A stretch of 64,000 nucleotides of DNA from Asterias rubens. Lineage: Eukaryota. The first letter of the stretch is position 1; every line of letters starts with the position of its first letter. The DNA lies in the NCBI RefSeq assembly GCF_902459465.1, contig NC_047068.1, positions 1,984,001-2,048,000 of the forward strand. Direction: 5' to 3'. Of the stretch, positions 24,922 through 37,524 are shown in pieces. Position numbers and translations under genes: made by a program. Under the pieces are notes generated by a model. It was not told the DNA's origin and did not search any database. It worked only from the letters and a program-made list of their open reading frames with translations.

Positions 24922-25558
24922 TTCAAACATTTGTTTTTGTAATTCATTTAGTTACATGTACTTTGTAAATTGTTTGTTGATACAAATTCTTTATCAGAAT
25001 TATTACTTGTTATTAACTTAGTGAACACCCTTTTTTGGGGATACTATGACCATCAATGCAGAATTGTGCCCTTTAATCACATTAATCATTTTGAAGCCAG
25101 ATTGTTTTATGTGTGATAGTAATACAAAGATATAACAGTGGCCTTCCATTGACCCATCATTCCCAACAGGAGACAACAGCAATATGGGCAGCAGTTGTTA
25201 GAAAAAGGTCATCTAAGAATTACTGTTTGATGAGTTTAATTGGTTGAAGGCTGCACACAAGTCAGAGGTGTGATGTGCTCACGTTTTGTGTTGTGGTCGT
25301 GGATAGGTTCTATTGGGTGTGCTCGCCTAACCCAGATCATGCTGATCAAATTGTGTAACTTATACAATGGTGATAGGATCTCTACTGGTATCTTTCCTCT
25401 ATTACAGGCAGGTGTGGATTTAAAGAGCCAGTCCAATATCACAAACAATTGACAAACAAGTATTGATAAAAAAAAGCGAATTCATTTACCTAAAACCTTG
25501 TACTGCAATTCTTTGGCCATGATTTAGGTTAACATCGTTTATGGAGTATACTGTGTTC

Positions 25559-25743
25559 CAGGCCTTTATGCTTCGTATTTGAAGAGGGCAATGGCACCAA
25601 GGCATGTTCTCCTTGGTAAAGGGAACCCCATCAGGAAATTGTAAATTTCTATTGGACTATTTCAAGGGCACCAAGGCAATGACCAGGGGGCATCAAGATG
25701 GCATCAAGGCAATCGCCTTTGCCTCCATGAAGTTTCAGGCATA
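25559..25743. mobile_element. MITE family C (CAGGCC termini, hAT-like)
   Basis: Internal gggca/ggcaccaaggca repeats; copies at 43051-43221, 46211-46387 and, diverged, 56254-56386. TSD length unresolved. Confidence 0.75.
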
Positions 25744-26199
25744 CAGTGTTCTATCCAAATGCTTGTAAAAGTGTTACTCAGGGTTGGTATGATGTGAAAA
25801 CAATGTGATTGATTTTGAATCCTCGATCTAATTTTGCCTCTGAATACCACCAGTGTGTATAAGTTGTCCCGAGTCTTGATTTCCTGTTTGGATTTCACCA
25901 GTTTGTTTTATAGCCTTTGAATGAAATGGCCTTTCCATGAACCAATGAGGTGCATGGTATCATTCGTACCTTTAAATATGACGGACTGCATTTGTAGTAC
26001 ATTTTATGCAGCATGTGATTCTAAACAATTTGTATCGGTAATACAAGAAGGAGTATTGTGTGATTTCTATAAATGTTTGACCTGTCAGTAGACTGAAACG
26101 CATACAATGGGATGGATGAGAGAGGTTTATTTCTATTATCTATTTCTGGTATTGAAACCAAGGATGCCTTCTAAGTGAACTTGAGCACTGTTGCTCCTA

Positions 26200-26325
26200 A
26201 GCCTGAGGAATTAAACAAGGGCACTTGGGTTGACCCCTACTATTCCATAGTAAGTGTTGTGGGTTCTTTAACGCTCACTACCAATCCAGGAACACGGAAC
26301 CTACAGCTTAATGTTCCATCCGCTG
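26200..26325 (-). mobile_element. SINE body fragment
   Basis: gggttctttaacg...acacggaacc...ttaatgttccatccg resembles the SINEs at 41509 and 45815. Confidence 0.5.
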
Positions 26326-26369
26326 TTACTAGTAGCTATGAATTGCAGTCCGTGTGATAATCTTGCGTG

Positions 26370-26516
26370 CGTGCGTGCGCCGACACGCGGAAGCCAGCTG
26401 GTCTTAAAAAGCTTCAGCTGTGTCTTTATCAACTGTTTAAACACCCCCACGTGACGCGCTCTCCACCAATAGGAGTAGAGAAACTGTCTGGGGTATTTAT
26501 GAATATGCTTTTAATA
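26370..26516. mobile_element. Repeat family E, second copy
   Basis: Matches 23330-23420. Confidence 0.6.
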
Positions 26517-27458
26517 TGAGTTCTACAGTCCATGCCTGGATTGCCCATAATACACCCAAACTGCCCTCACATCTTTGACTACACATCTGCTGCTGATAGT
26601 AAACTTCTTGGGCGGTTTATTAAATCAAACTAACCAAGGACAAAAGCTCCAAAACAAAAACCAAGCAAAGAACACCACAATATACATGTAGCTACTGTAT
26701 ATCAAGAAGATGTGTTGTTTGTGCCATGGCTGCCAACATCTGTTGCATTGTTCCTTCACAAAAATGCCCCCGTTAGACATTTTAAAAGTCCCAAGGATAA
26801 AGCAAACTTGTGAGTAATTGCTTGGTAGGATTAAACAAACATCATTTCATTGAGGTATATGTAGTAGAAACAAGTAATTTAACTTAGTAGAATTCGTCTC
26901 TGTCTAATGAAATCACATCTTAGCTTTTGACAAATGTGTATAAATTGACAGATCATTATGGTGAAGAGAACAAGTGATAAGCTACATGTGTTATTGTGAT
27001 GTGTGTTTTGACAAAGTTTTTAATGAAATTGTTCCGCTGACTATGGAGCACTTACATTTAAACATACTGGACATACATTTCAAACAGGATAGGCTAACAC
27101 TCTTTACATAATATATTGTATGTCTATGAAGAAGTAAAACAAAATTGCATTCAGTACAAGAGTGAAACCCACGTCAATCACAAGTAAATATGGGTCTCCA
27201 CGTTCTGAGCAGGACAAATTGTGTGCTATTTCTATTTACGTACGTACGTACGTATACACTGTATGGAGTAAAACTAATAATGTATGATGACTAAGTTTGC
27301 TTTACAAATCGCCCTGCATTGTCTAACCTGCTAAATTATCTAACAATTAATCTTCATGCAGAATTACTCAGCTCCTGGCATGCAGTTAGTACAATACCAG
27401 AAGTGCCTGATACTTCGTTCTTGAAAACAAAAAATGGAGAGACACTTTTTCATAAGTA

Positions 27459-27848
27459 TTAAAGGCAGTGGACACTATTGGTAATTACTCAAAATAATTA
27501 TTAGCATAAAACCTTATTTGGTAACAAGTAATGGGGAGACGTTGATGGTATAAAACATTGTGTGAGAAACGGCTCCCTCTGAAGTGACGTAGTTTTCGAG
27601 AAAAAGTAATTTTCCAAGAATTTGATTTTGAGACCTCAGAAGTAGATTTTGAGGTCTCAAAATCAAGCATCTGAAAGCACACAACTTCGTGTGACAGGGG
27701 TGTTTTTTCTTTCATTTTTGTCTCGCAACTTCGACGACCAATTGAGCTCAAATTTTCAAAGGTTTGTTATTTTATGCATATGTTGAGATACACAAAGTGA
27801 GAAGACTGGTCTTTGAAAATTGTTACCAGTATAGTCCAGTGTCTTTAA
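27459..27848 (+). mobile_element. MITE family A, full length
   Basis: TTAA flanks, TIRs and family body. Confidence 0.9.
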
Positions 27849-28114
27849 GTATGACGAGGGAAGTTGACTTTCTCATGGAAAATTCCAAGGGGTGTCATGG
27901 CAATGTTGCAATGAGCATGAACAGCACTCTGTGAGGTATCAGGCTTGTACCAAATTATTTGTTTGCTCTGTCAATTTTACAAAAATTCAAATGTAAGTTT
28001 GGAATATCTTGAGTGATATAACTGTCAGTTGGTTTTGAGCAAACTGAAGTTTGTATACAATATAGATAACATTTAGCACTTTTTACAATAATGATCATTG
28101 GGCCTATAACATTC

Positions 28115-28365
28115 CTTTAATCTTTCTCATCTCCCTGGGGAGTATACAGCTTTTGCCTGATGTGGCGCTCCGAAAACTTTTTCAAACACAATATCAACCT
28201 CTACCCTCGCAGATAGCCATTTATACCCCTTGGTGAAGAGAAGCAATTATAGTGAAGTGTCTTGTTGAAGAACTCAATTGCCAGGGCCGGGATTTGAACC
28301 CACTACCCGATGACTAAAACACCAGATCTTGAATTTGACGCTCTAGACCGCTTGGCCATGACACC
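28115..28365 (-). mobile_element. tRNA-derived SINE with CORE-like central domain
   Basis: Minus strand: ggtgtcatggccaagcggtctagagcg...gggttcaaatcccggcc followed by caagacacttcac...gtataaatgg. Confidence 0.65.
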
Positions 28366-31300
28366 CTGATAATTAAATCAAATAAACCTAGGACGGAAGA
28401 TGAAATTTCAACTATTATAAGTTGTGTACATATCATGACCTGATCGACAATAAATGAAAGTGCATACTGTTCATAAGATGGATCAACTGACCATCAGCTG
28501 CTGACTGCTCATACATCTCTCTTCTTTCAAACATCAATAGACAGCTTCACCACTGTGATTTAAAAGCAAACCAACTGTCCGATATCTTTGTTCAAGGAAC
28601 CTTTAATGTCGTTTTCTCAAATGTTTTTACCTTGTACTGGGAAGGAATTTGTTTGGTTCTTGAGGGGAAATCATCCTGGCTCATAAATTGTGGTTTTCTG
28701 GGATTCAATTTGGAGAAATTCCACCTACGGGTTTGTAATTTAATCATCGTGGAATTCCTTCCTAGAAATGGTTATTGCATTCCTGAAAATATATGGGACT
28801 TTTTGGAATAATAAGACGACTCTCCCAAAACATTGACAACCAGAGGCAAGACTACATCTACCGAGGAGATCCACTGCTATGTTTACATAAACATCATACT
28901 TGGAGGTAGCAATTTCGAGCAAGTTCGGGCGGGCACATTTAGTTGACCCATGGTTGACTACTGACCAGTATTGACATGCGCAGTTACGCACTCACTATAA
29001 CGACTCAATTGGAAATCTAGTCAACCTTCTGCCTTTTCGCTCTAGTGCCACTGGTTCCCCTCTGCGCTTAACACATGTTAGAATAGAACATGCTGTTGGG
29101 ACCACTGAAGAAACCATGGGCTCGGGGCTGGTTCCAAATGGTCAACCACAGTAGTCAACCAATGGTCGACCAGTGTGGGTTCGAGTGCAAATGGTCAACC
29201 TTTAGTTAACCATTGTGCACTGACACTCAAATTTGCTCTTCATTTCCATGAACTACTTGTTGAAAGTGATATTCAATGAACTTGTTCATATGTCATGCAT
29301 GTGTCCTGAGTAATGCGTGATTGAAAGGCTGTAGTAAATTGTAAGCCCACTCCAAATGTTTTTTAAAAATTTTTTATGAGACAATCAATCATGAAGAAAA
29401 TCAAATACTTGTAGACTAAGAGACTTGATTGGGCTTTATAAATCAATGTCTTCGTTAATTGGAGCAAAGCAGGCCATCAGCTGACATACCAATTTTAAAT
29501 TCTGGGCCGAGCGGATAAGATCATCGAACTTAAGTTGTAGTGGTTAAGTCATCAAGATGTGGGTTCAAATGAACACCCAATGCGCATGAGCTAATTGGTC
29601 TTTTACAGCAAAATGTAAACAAAATGGTCAACCAATAGGACTACATAGCTGTCTGGGGTATGTATGAGTGTACTATGAGATGTATGCCTAATACGAAAGA
29701 AACTCGCATCAGTTTTAAGATGCTCGCATATTATGAAGAATATAGTTTTGGACAAAATATTCTCTGTCACAAGCCCCTGATGCCTGAAAAACATGGTGCG
29801 TTTTGAGTCATGAGTTATCCCTGATGTCAAGATATTTGTCTTGGTGTTTCGAGCTCATCTTCAATACAGACTCTATCATTTGACTCAAGTCAATCATTGT
29901 TTTCGTGTATCTGTTTGGTATCGGAGCTCACAGTGGTATGGTGAATGAATTGAAATCTAATTCAGTTATAGCTATTATCATATGGTACAAGCATTTTTGT
30001 AATGATTGGTCTCCACATGGAACTATTTAGCCAACTTGTGGATCAGTGCGGCTTATTCTTTGTCTTAACCTAGATGGCATATTGATCACTAGATAGACTC
30101 CTCCAAGATTAATCCATCCAATAAGAAGCACTTGACATTCTTAAGAGTTGAGCTGAAATGTTGAAAGTTTTGGAGTATTTGTACAATATCTAGGCATCAT
30201 CATGTGGCTGATGGCACGTCAGCTTCAAAACAGGTCGCCTCCGACATCCGCAAGAATTTCTCTTGGAATGTGATTTGGATCCAGCAGATGGATTGCAAAT
30301 GTAATGATTCCCCAAGATGCATATACACCCACCCACTCACTAAACATCCATGTGAACCAAACCCACAGGAAATATGTCAGCATAATTTGTTATCCTCTAT
30401 CTAGTTTTGCTCATCTTTTAATGTATTTTTTTTTTTTGTGACTTTGTTGTTTTGTCCAGAATCTAGTAATAACAGGGAGTGACTCATGCAATCTATAGGT
30501 TGCACTATTGCTTGAAACATTTCGTTATTGTTTTATGACTGTATACATTAGTGATTAATGGTCTGTGGGTACTGCACGTTGTAAGAGATCATGGAGGAAA
30601 GATTGAGAACTTATGCAGCTTCCATTCCTATTAACATTTTATTTTATATGCAATTGCATGATTGAGACACTACATTTATGTACAATGTACTTATCATACT
30701 TTCTAGACAAATAATTTTGCTACTTTTTTCAAAGTATCCTGTTGAATCATCCATGGTTGAATCACCCAACATGTTTTGCATAATACATCCCTGTAAACAT
30801 TTTTATGACAACTTTGTACAGAGAGATACATATATGAAAAGTCAGAGTCAGAACATTCCAACTTTAGGCCCACATGTAAAACTATTTTGAGTCTAGTTGA
30901 TTGTTTATTTTATTCATCCCTTCCATATCCATCCACCGACTACCATTGTGATTGATCATGCTCTGTAATGGTTATATTACATAACAAACAGTAGCGCCCT
31001 CATTGAGGCCATACATTCGTACTCCAGGCATCAACACTGTCATTATCTTGTTGTTTGCTCTTTAGATTGAAAACTTTAGGTGAACAAACTGCACAAACTT
31101 CAACTATCTACATTGTACATAATGGACACCAACTAAGTTAACTGCATTAGTTTATTCAAATTTGTATTTGCATATTTGGCTTCTCACAATCATAATAATG
31201 CCTACTATATGTAAATGCTCACACACCTTACACAATGGGGCTTTGTGTGATCTTTCCTATTTCAAAGAAAAGAAAATGCCAGGCAAGTAGCATGATCGAT

Positions 31301-31712
31301 TTTTATCGTTTAACTTCCAGTTTCATTTTTGAGTGTTGTAAAATGTATGTCTGCAGATTTTCCATAGATTTGAGAAGTGAGTAACTTTGTCATGTCACTT
31401 TGTAGTAGTCACAACATGTCCTGATCAGGTCAAGCTGAGGCTGACCAGACTAGGGTGACCACAGTCCTAGGCCCTATGCCCACTCCATGATTTACTGCTA
31501 CCAAATGGCACAAAACCTACAAGCAGATGTTAGCAATAACTTCTACCCTGATAAATAAAAAACAAGAGATTTATGTATAGGGGCCTTGGAGTGCCAAAGC
31601 TTGTTACAAAAAGTTTAGAAAGTGGATATGGTCTCTTTACTTTGCACCAATGCATATTACAGCATTTCCACCAACAATGTACATGGATGTGTGAGTTTTA
31701 TTCTTGGTTCGG

Positions 31713-32079
31713 TTAAAGGCAGTGGACACTATTGATTGACTAGCCTTTACAGTTGGTGTATCTCAACATATGCATAAAATAACAAACCTGTGAAAATTTT
31801 AGCTCAATCGGGTCATCGAAGTTGCGAGATAATAATGAAAGAAAAATAACCCTTGTCACACACACGAAGTTGTGTGCATTTAGATGGTTGATTTCGAGAA
31901 CTCAAGTTCTAAATCTGAGGTCTCAAAATCAGATTACTTCTTTCTCGAAAACTACGTCACTTCAGAGGGAGCCGTTTCTCACAATGTTTTATACCATCAA
32001 CCTCTCCCCATTACTCGTCACCAAGAAAGGTTTTATACCAATATTTTGAGTAATTACCAATAGTGTCCACTGCCTTTAA
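31713..32079 (-). mobile_element. MITE family A
   Basis: TTAA flanks and family body. Confidence 0.88.
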
Positions 32080-34910
32080 AGACTCTTTTTTGTTTCATCA
32101 TTCAAAGTTGAGATATCAAGTCAAACAAATCAAAGTAACTTTTGGCTAGATCTGGGCCCAATTTCATAGAGCTGCTAAGCATAACAATTGCTTAGTATGA
32201 AAATTATTCCTTGATAAAAACAGGAGTACCAAACAATTTTCCATTTGTTGTATATTTCTTGGTACTTGTGTTCAGCTGTTGTTTGCTTATCCTGAAAATC
32301 ATGTGGCAATTTGGTTGGTAATCCTGTTTTTATCAAGGAAAGAAATTTGAGGAAGAAAATGTAAGTTTGTATTGGAACCTTGCAGAGGGCACCACGGCAA
32401 CAGTCAGGGCACCACAGCAATTGCTGTGTGTGCAATGGGTTATATGAGGCCTACCTAATATTTACTTTACTTCACGTTATAACTTCAATGGGATTAAATT
32501 CACAAGTTATGTTGGTCCTTTACAGTGTTTTGTCTTTTAAGTCAATCCAATTTGAACTGTTTACATGATTACTTTGTTATGCTCTCCAACCTTCCAATCC
32601 TGCAAGAAAAGTGCAGGAAAACCCGGTCCAATCAGTCCAGCATATGATGGTATGACCCACTATTTTGAAGGTTCATTTTCATGGAGTGGTCACCTTCAAT
32701 GTAAATTACGTGAGCAGTCTGTATACTGCTGTGCAATATGCATGAAGAGTTCATAATCAATCAGAGTAAAATGGTATTTGCTTATGTTCAAACCATCGTA
32801 CCAGACTTGAGGTTTTATTATTCAGTAAATCCATGTATTCATGGTTTTGTCATTAAAACTCTTTATGTTATCAGATCTGTTTTTGCGTTTTAAATGCATT
32901 TTAGCCAACTGTAAACATATGTACACACAGTGTCTTTGTTTTAGCTGGAATTCTCTAAATATAGTTTCTTGGATTCACTTTGATTTGTATTTTGATTTTA
33001 AGCAGATCTCAGTTTCATGGCAGTGTTTGATCAAAGAATTCTCTGCGTTTACAGCACCCTATAAAGTGGTATTTCTACAGGCTGTGGCAGCCGGTGTATG
33101 TGCAGAATTCCATGGTAAGCAGGGCCTGAAATTGGGCCCAGATCAGTAGTTCTGAAAAGTACATCCAGACAAATTCTTGCCCAACTTGTTTTTGTCGCCC
33201 ATTGAAAGCAACCTTCTTGAATGATGTGTGTATAAATTTGAACTGAAAACTGCATTGAAAATCTGTGGAGCTTCTCACTAAGTGCAGCCGAGATATAGAA
33301 AGGAAAACCTTGTCTTTTGTGCTTCCCTGCTGAGGGTAATATCAGCTGCACTTATGACTAATTCTCAAAATATGGAATCATTCTGTACAGTTTACCTTCC
33401 CTTTACTATAGCACTGGTTTCACTTTGTAAAATTGCCAGGTTTTAGGGCTTGAGAATCAGATTGCGCTACATAAATCACATGAAATGGCTCATTCTTTGC
33501 TGTATCTAGAGACTGGTTTCTGGTGACCCTAGACCACACATACAAGTACCTTGAGAGCTATATACTACTACTGGACTAAACAACATACAGACACAGAGGG
33601 CCAACCATTGCTCTATGCTTGTCTCACCTCTCCAGTGAGACCATTATTTTATTATCGGCTTCTGTGATGTTCACTCCACACAGGTTGAGGCCAATTATTG
33701 CATTAAATAATAAGAAAACACACTGGATAAGACTGAAATAAGGCATTTTAGATTTGATGAGTTAAACACAGAAGACAAAGTTTTTCATGTATGGAGGCGT
33801 CTGGAGAGTGTGTGTGTTGAGGGCAAGTCTGGTTCATTGATCAATTAGTGAATGAGCCACTACAAGGCTCGTTCAGTACCAGTGATCAGTAGACTCTACC
33901 AGTTATACCACACCGTACTAGGGGTGCTTACTGAACACACTGTACTTGACATTAAGAAGCTATGGAGGGTTTTGTCTAAATGTTATGACTTAGCAGAGGA
34001 ATAATGGCCATTCCACTTTAGTTAACTAATCCTCTCATTCTGTAGTGAAAATATTGATGGTAAAGGGTTGTTAATTCCAAAATTCTATCTGTAAGACTTA
34101 AGACAAACAAAAATTGTAGTTTCAATGTACATGTGTACAGTTCTAGTTATCATCTCACATTGTTTCAAACTCAACAACGGTGACATTTCAAACAGTGTAT
34201 GTATACATATATCACTATTTACCAAGAAATTAGTATGTTATACTTTCCCTTTAACAGTGAATTGTGATTCAGTAAAAATATGTTTTTGAAATGAAGTGGT
34301 TGAGGAAAAATGTATGTCAAATTGTGCACCTTCATTGCAAGATTGGATACATGGACACAAGAGGGCACTTTAATGTAATTGATGGCCTTGCTTGGTTGAC
34401 ACTGTTGAATAATTGTGGTCATTCCTCCTCTCTAATTTACCTTTGGTATGGTCCACTAACACTCTTTAGTACAGTCCAAACATCGTTTGATGAAGGAGAA
34501 AATGACTGGCAATCCTTGTACATTTACAAGTGACAGACATTATTGAAGAATGTTTTAATTAAGAGAAACCACATGGTGACAATGAAGCTGGTTGCGTGTA
34601 CCTTCTTTATCCTATTCTATTACTGCAAAAAGAACACAAAAGAGAGCAAAAGTACATGTAGGTTTCTTAGGACCAATGTCAAGTTTCAGCTCACCATCAA
34701 ATGAAATAAAATCAGTAATTACGATATTGCAGAAATCGTCAGCTCAATATAAGCACATTTTACAAGTTGGTAAGAAGTTTTGCTAGAGCATTTTTCATGT
34801 TAATAATTCTTTGCCAACTCAGGTAGGGTACAAATTTGGTGCAAATCATTTTGAAATGGTGATCATAAGCGCAGAATTAGATCCATGAAACTTGACCCTG
34901 AGCTTCTTAC

Positions 34911-35088
34911 TGACCAAGGAATTAAAGTCTGTATGAGACGAAAGAATAGTAGTGTAATCAGCGAAAAGAATAAACGACAAAGTGGTAGAAAAACAGTGAA
35001 GATCATTAACCTATATATAAGAAAAAGAAGAGGACCAAGAATAGAACCTTGAGGCACACCATGATGAGTTGTTTTAAGAGAAGCAGAA
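34911..35088 (-). mobile_element. Internal reverse-transcriptase fragment of an L2/CR1-type LINE
   Basis: HGVPQGSILGPLLFLIY, one frameshift, then VNDLHCFSTTLSFILFADYTTIL, corresponding to the non-LTR RT GVPQGS and (F/Y)ADD motifs. Confidence 0.88.
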
Positions 35089-35411
35089 GACCTTGAGCTT
35101 CTTACACTTTGAAAAGCCTCAGCAAACCAAGTACAACTTGACATTTAGTGCTACTGAATAACTGTTGGCGTAATTGCATTGTTACTGTCAGCTGTGGTCA
35201 GTAATTGGATAGAAGTCCATCATTGTAGAATAGGTTGGTTTAGGTCACAGTTTGCCCTTTAATATCTGGTTTGTCTTTTGGATGGATGGGATGCAAACTC
35301 AAGGTTCCACATGTACACTATGGAAAGTACTCACAATACTCATCCGGAACCAAGAATAGAAGTTTAATAGATGTTAAATTTGCATCGGGGATAAAGAATA
35401 TTAATTTTGGT

Positions 35412-35572
35412 TTTTACCCATACACCGATGTGTGTAAGCACTGCATACTCAGTACTTTCCCGAGTCCATGTTACTCGGGTGGGATTTGAACCCTCGACCC
35501 TTGCAATTCTAGAGCAGTGTCTTACCAACTAGACTACCGAGATTGCCCGGTAGCTAGAGGCAGTTTGAATCC
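35412..35572 (-). mobile_element. tRNA-derived SINE (family D)
   Basis: Matches 9376-9553. Confidence 0.7.
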
Positions 35573-35816
35573 TATGTTTTGGCAGCGGAGAGTAGAAGTT
35601 GTTTGTTTTGGGAGGTTGGTTGCATTCCATTTCAACTCTGAGCATGGAGGGTTATATTGTGGTGCGCAATTCCACTGTATCAATCAGTAGGCTAACTATT
35701 GTTAGATTATTTCAATTTCGTCTTGTGACTGATGAGGTATACAGGCTTTCAAACTCATTCATGTGGTGTTTAAAGATATATCATGAGTTCATGTAAAGTT
35801 TTTTTTAAAGTCTTGA

Positions 35817-36028
35817 ATAGATCGTGTTGAATAACCCCTTCGTTGCTATGAAAATCGCCATCTTGTAGGGCAAACCGTATGCGCGTCTAAGTGTACATCA
35901 ACAAAGCACACAGCACGCAGCGTTCTCGGTTTGATTTCTATGGCACACGTACGCACACGCACATGCTTACAGACGCCATGTTGTCGGGCAGGTTTTTGGA
36001 TGGTGACGTCATATTCAATACGGTCTAT
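35817..36028. mobile_element. MITE (Tourist/Harbinger-like)
   Basis: TIR atagatcgtgttgaata / tattcaatacggtctat with a CpG-rich interior. Confidence 0.65.
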
Positions 36029-37168
36029 AGCAGGTATTCACCAATATAAATGTGACTGCACTCTGGCATACATTTAAGGTTGAGTTGAGAAAATTACAAC
36101 TTTTTTTTAAACAAGGTCATTTACTTAAAAGAAGTGGTGATGTTATGTCAATTTCTGTTCATTGAAAACCTGCCTGCGAGTTGCAGTTACCTCGGATTCT
36201 TAAAAAGTGCATTGCTGCCTCTTTGGAAAGACAATTGTGTTCACCAACTTCAATTTACAATATTTATTTATAGAAATTAAATCATACGGAGTGACTGTAA
36301 ACAAAGGAGTGTAGCTGGTAATGTTTGATCCATGATGGATAGTTCATATAGTGCAGGTAAAGAAGTCTAGAATCCCAGTGGGTGCACATATTGTTTACAT
36401 AATATCTCTGCACCGCACAGCCAAATAGAATTAAACACACCTCAAATAATGGACCTCGGTAAATATTTCCATCTGACTGCCCAACCACAAAATATCTTGA
36501 TGATGAATTCCTGGTTAGGAATCAGAGACAGCCTTCCAATGGAGCATAAATCTAAGATCATTTTCAAATCCTTTCCTAATAAATGTCATGCGTTTTTAAT
36601 CTATGACCTTGGTAGTGGGTATTGCATATATTTAACAGGCAAAAGAGTTGCAAGTGTGGTAAAGACATTGTGAACTTAGAACAAAGAAAGTTACTAACTT
36701 TTCAGGATTATTTAAAAAAATTCAAAATGCAATTGGTCTCAGTAAAGACGGGTTTATTTCCTGTCCCACAAGTTTCACTACCAAGAAAACAACTTCTGAA
36801 GCATTCCTGTTGTGAATAATATTAAACTGAACTTCCCAAAATAAAAACACTTTCAGATGCAATTAACTGCCGCCATTGCTGCCAAACAATGGACGTTCAC
36901 TCACAACTATCAGCCAATCAGAGGTCTTTCACTGGCTCCAGTGAGGGCGCTGTTTCTGATGTCATATGCAAGATTATTCTGTACAACAACAAAAATGATA
37001 AAATCAGATTTTTGTGGTTGAACAAAGAATTGAATAGAGTGGGATTCGAACCATCATAAGATGTTAACCTTTTACTAACATGTCTGTTTTAGATGATTTA
37101 CAAGAATACATTGTCCATGCTTTGTGTTGTATTGTAAAGATGTTTGGTTTTTGTTTGTTCAATTTCAG

Positions 37169-37259
37169 GTGTTCACTAGTATCCTATTGGTTTGGTTCTT
37201 TTCATCAGTGAGCTGATACTGTACTTGGTCTGGCTTTTGTGTATTATTAACGGCATGAT
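37169..37259 (+). other. Candidate non-coding (5' UTR) exon
   Basis: Acceptor ggtttttgtttgttcaatttcag and donor AT|GTAAGT; all frames closed. Confidence 0.45.
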
Positions 37260-37333
37260 GTAAGTCAACTATTTCTAAGAATTGTTTGACTATAATAGAA
37301 AAACATTTCCTTACTTCTGTCCTTGTCTTTCTA

Positions 37334-37524
37334 AAGCCTGGTTCATACTGCTGCGAATGCAAACGCGACACGAATGTTGACATTTAAGATTTGCAACATA
37401 TAATTCGCAGGGGTTGAGATGGCACAACTCTCTTGGGAATATCGCTGCTAAAACAGAGTTGTGACGTCAAATTCACGCCAAATTCGCATCGCACTTGCAT
37501 TCGCAGGAAGTATGAACCGGGCTC
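37334..37524. mobile_element. MITE family G (Harbinger-like)
   Basis: TIR aagcctggttcatact / agtatgaaccgggct; second copy at 57106-57270. Confidence 0.75.

Noticed and set aside
30050-30350. Minus-strand LLDPNHIPREIL resembling the winged-helix motif of NB-ARC/TPR proteins
   Set aside because: A single short motif with stops immediately after and no other STAND motifs; likely chance.
35735-35795. CTGATGAG as a hammerhead core (also reverse at ~39095-39165)
   Set aside because: No stem II pairing or GAAA follows; it is just a shared dispersed-repeat segment.
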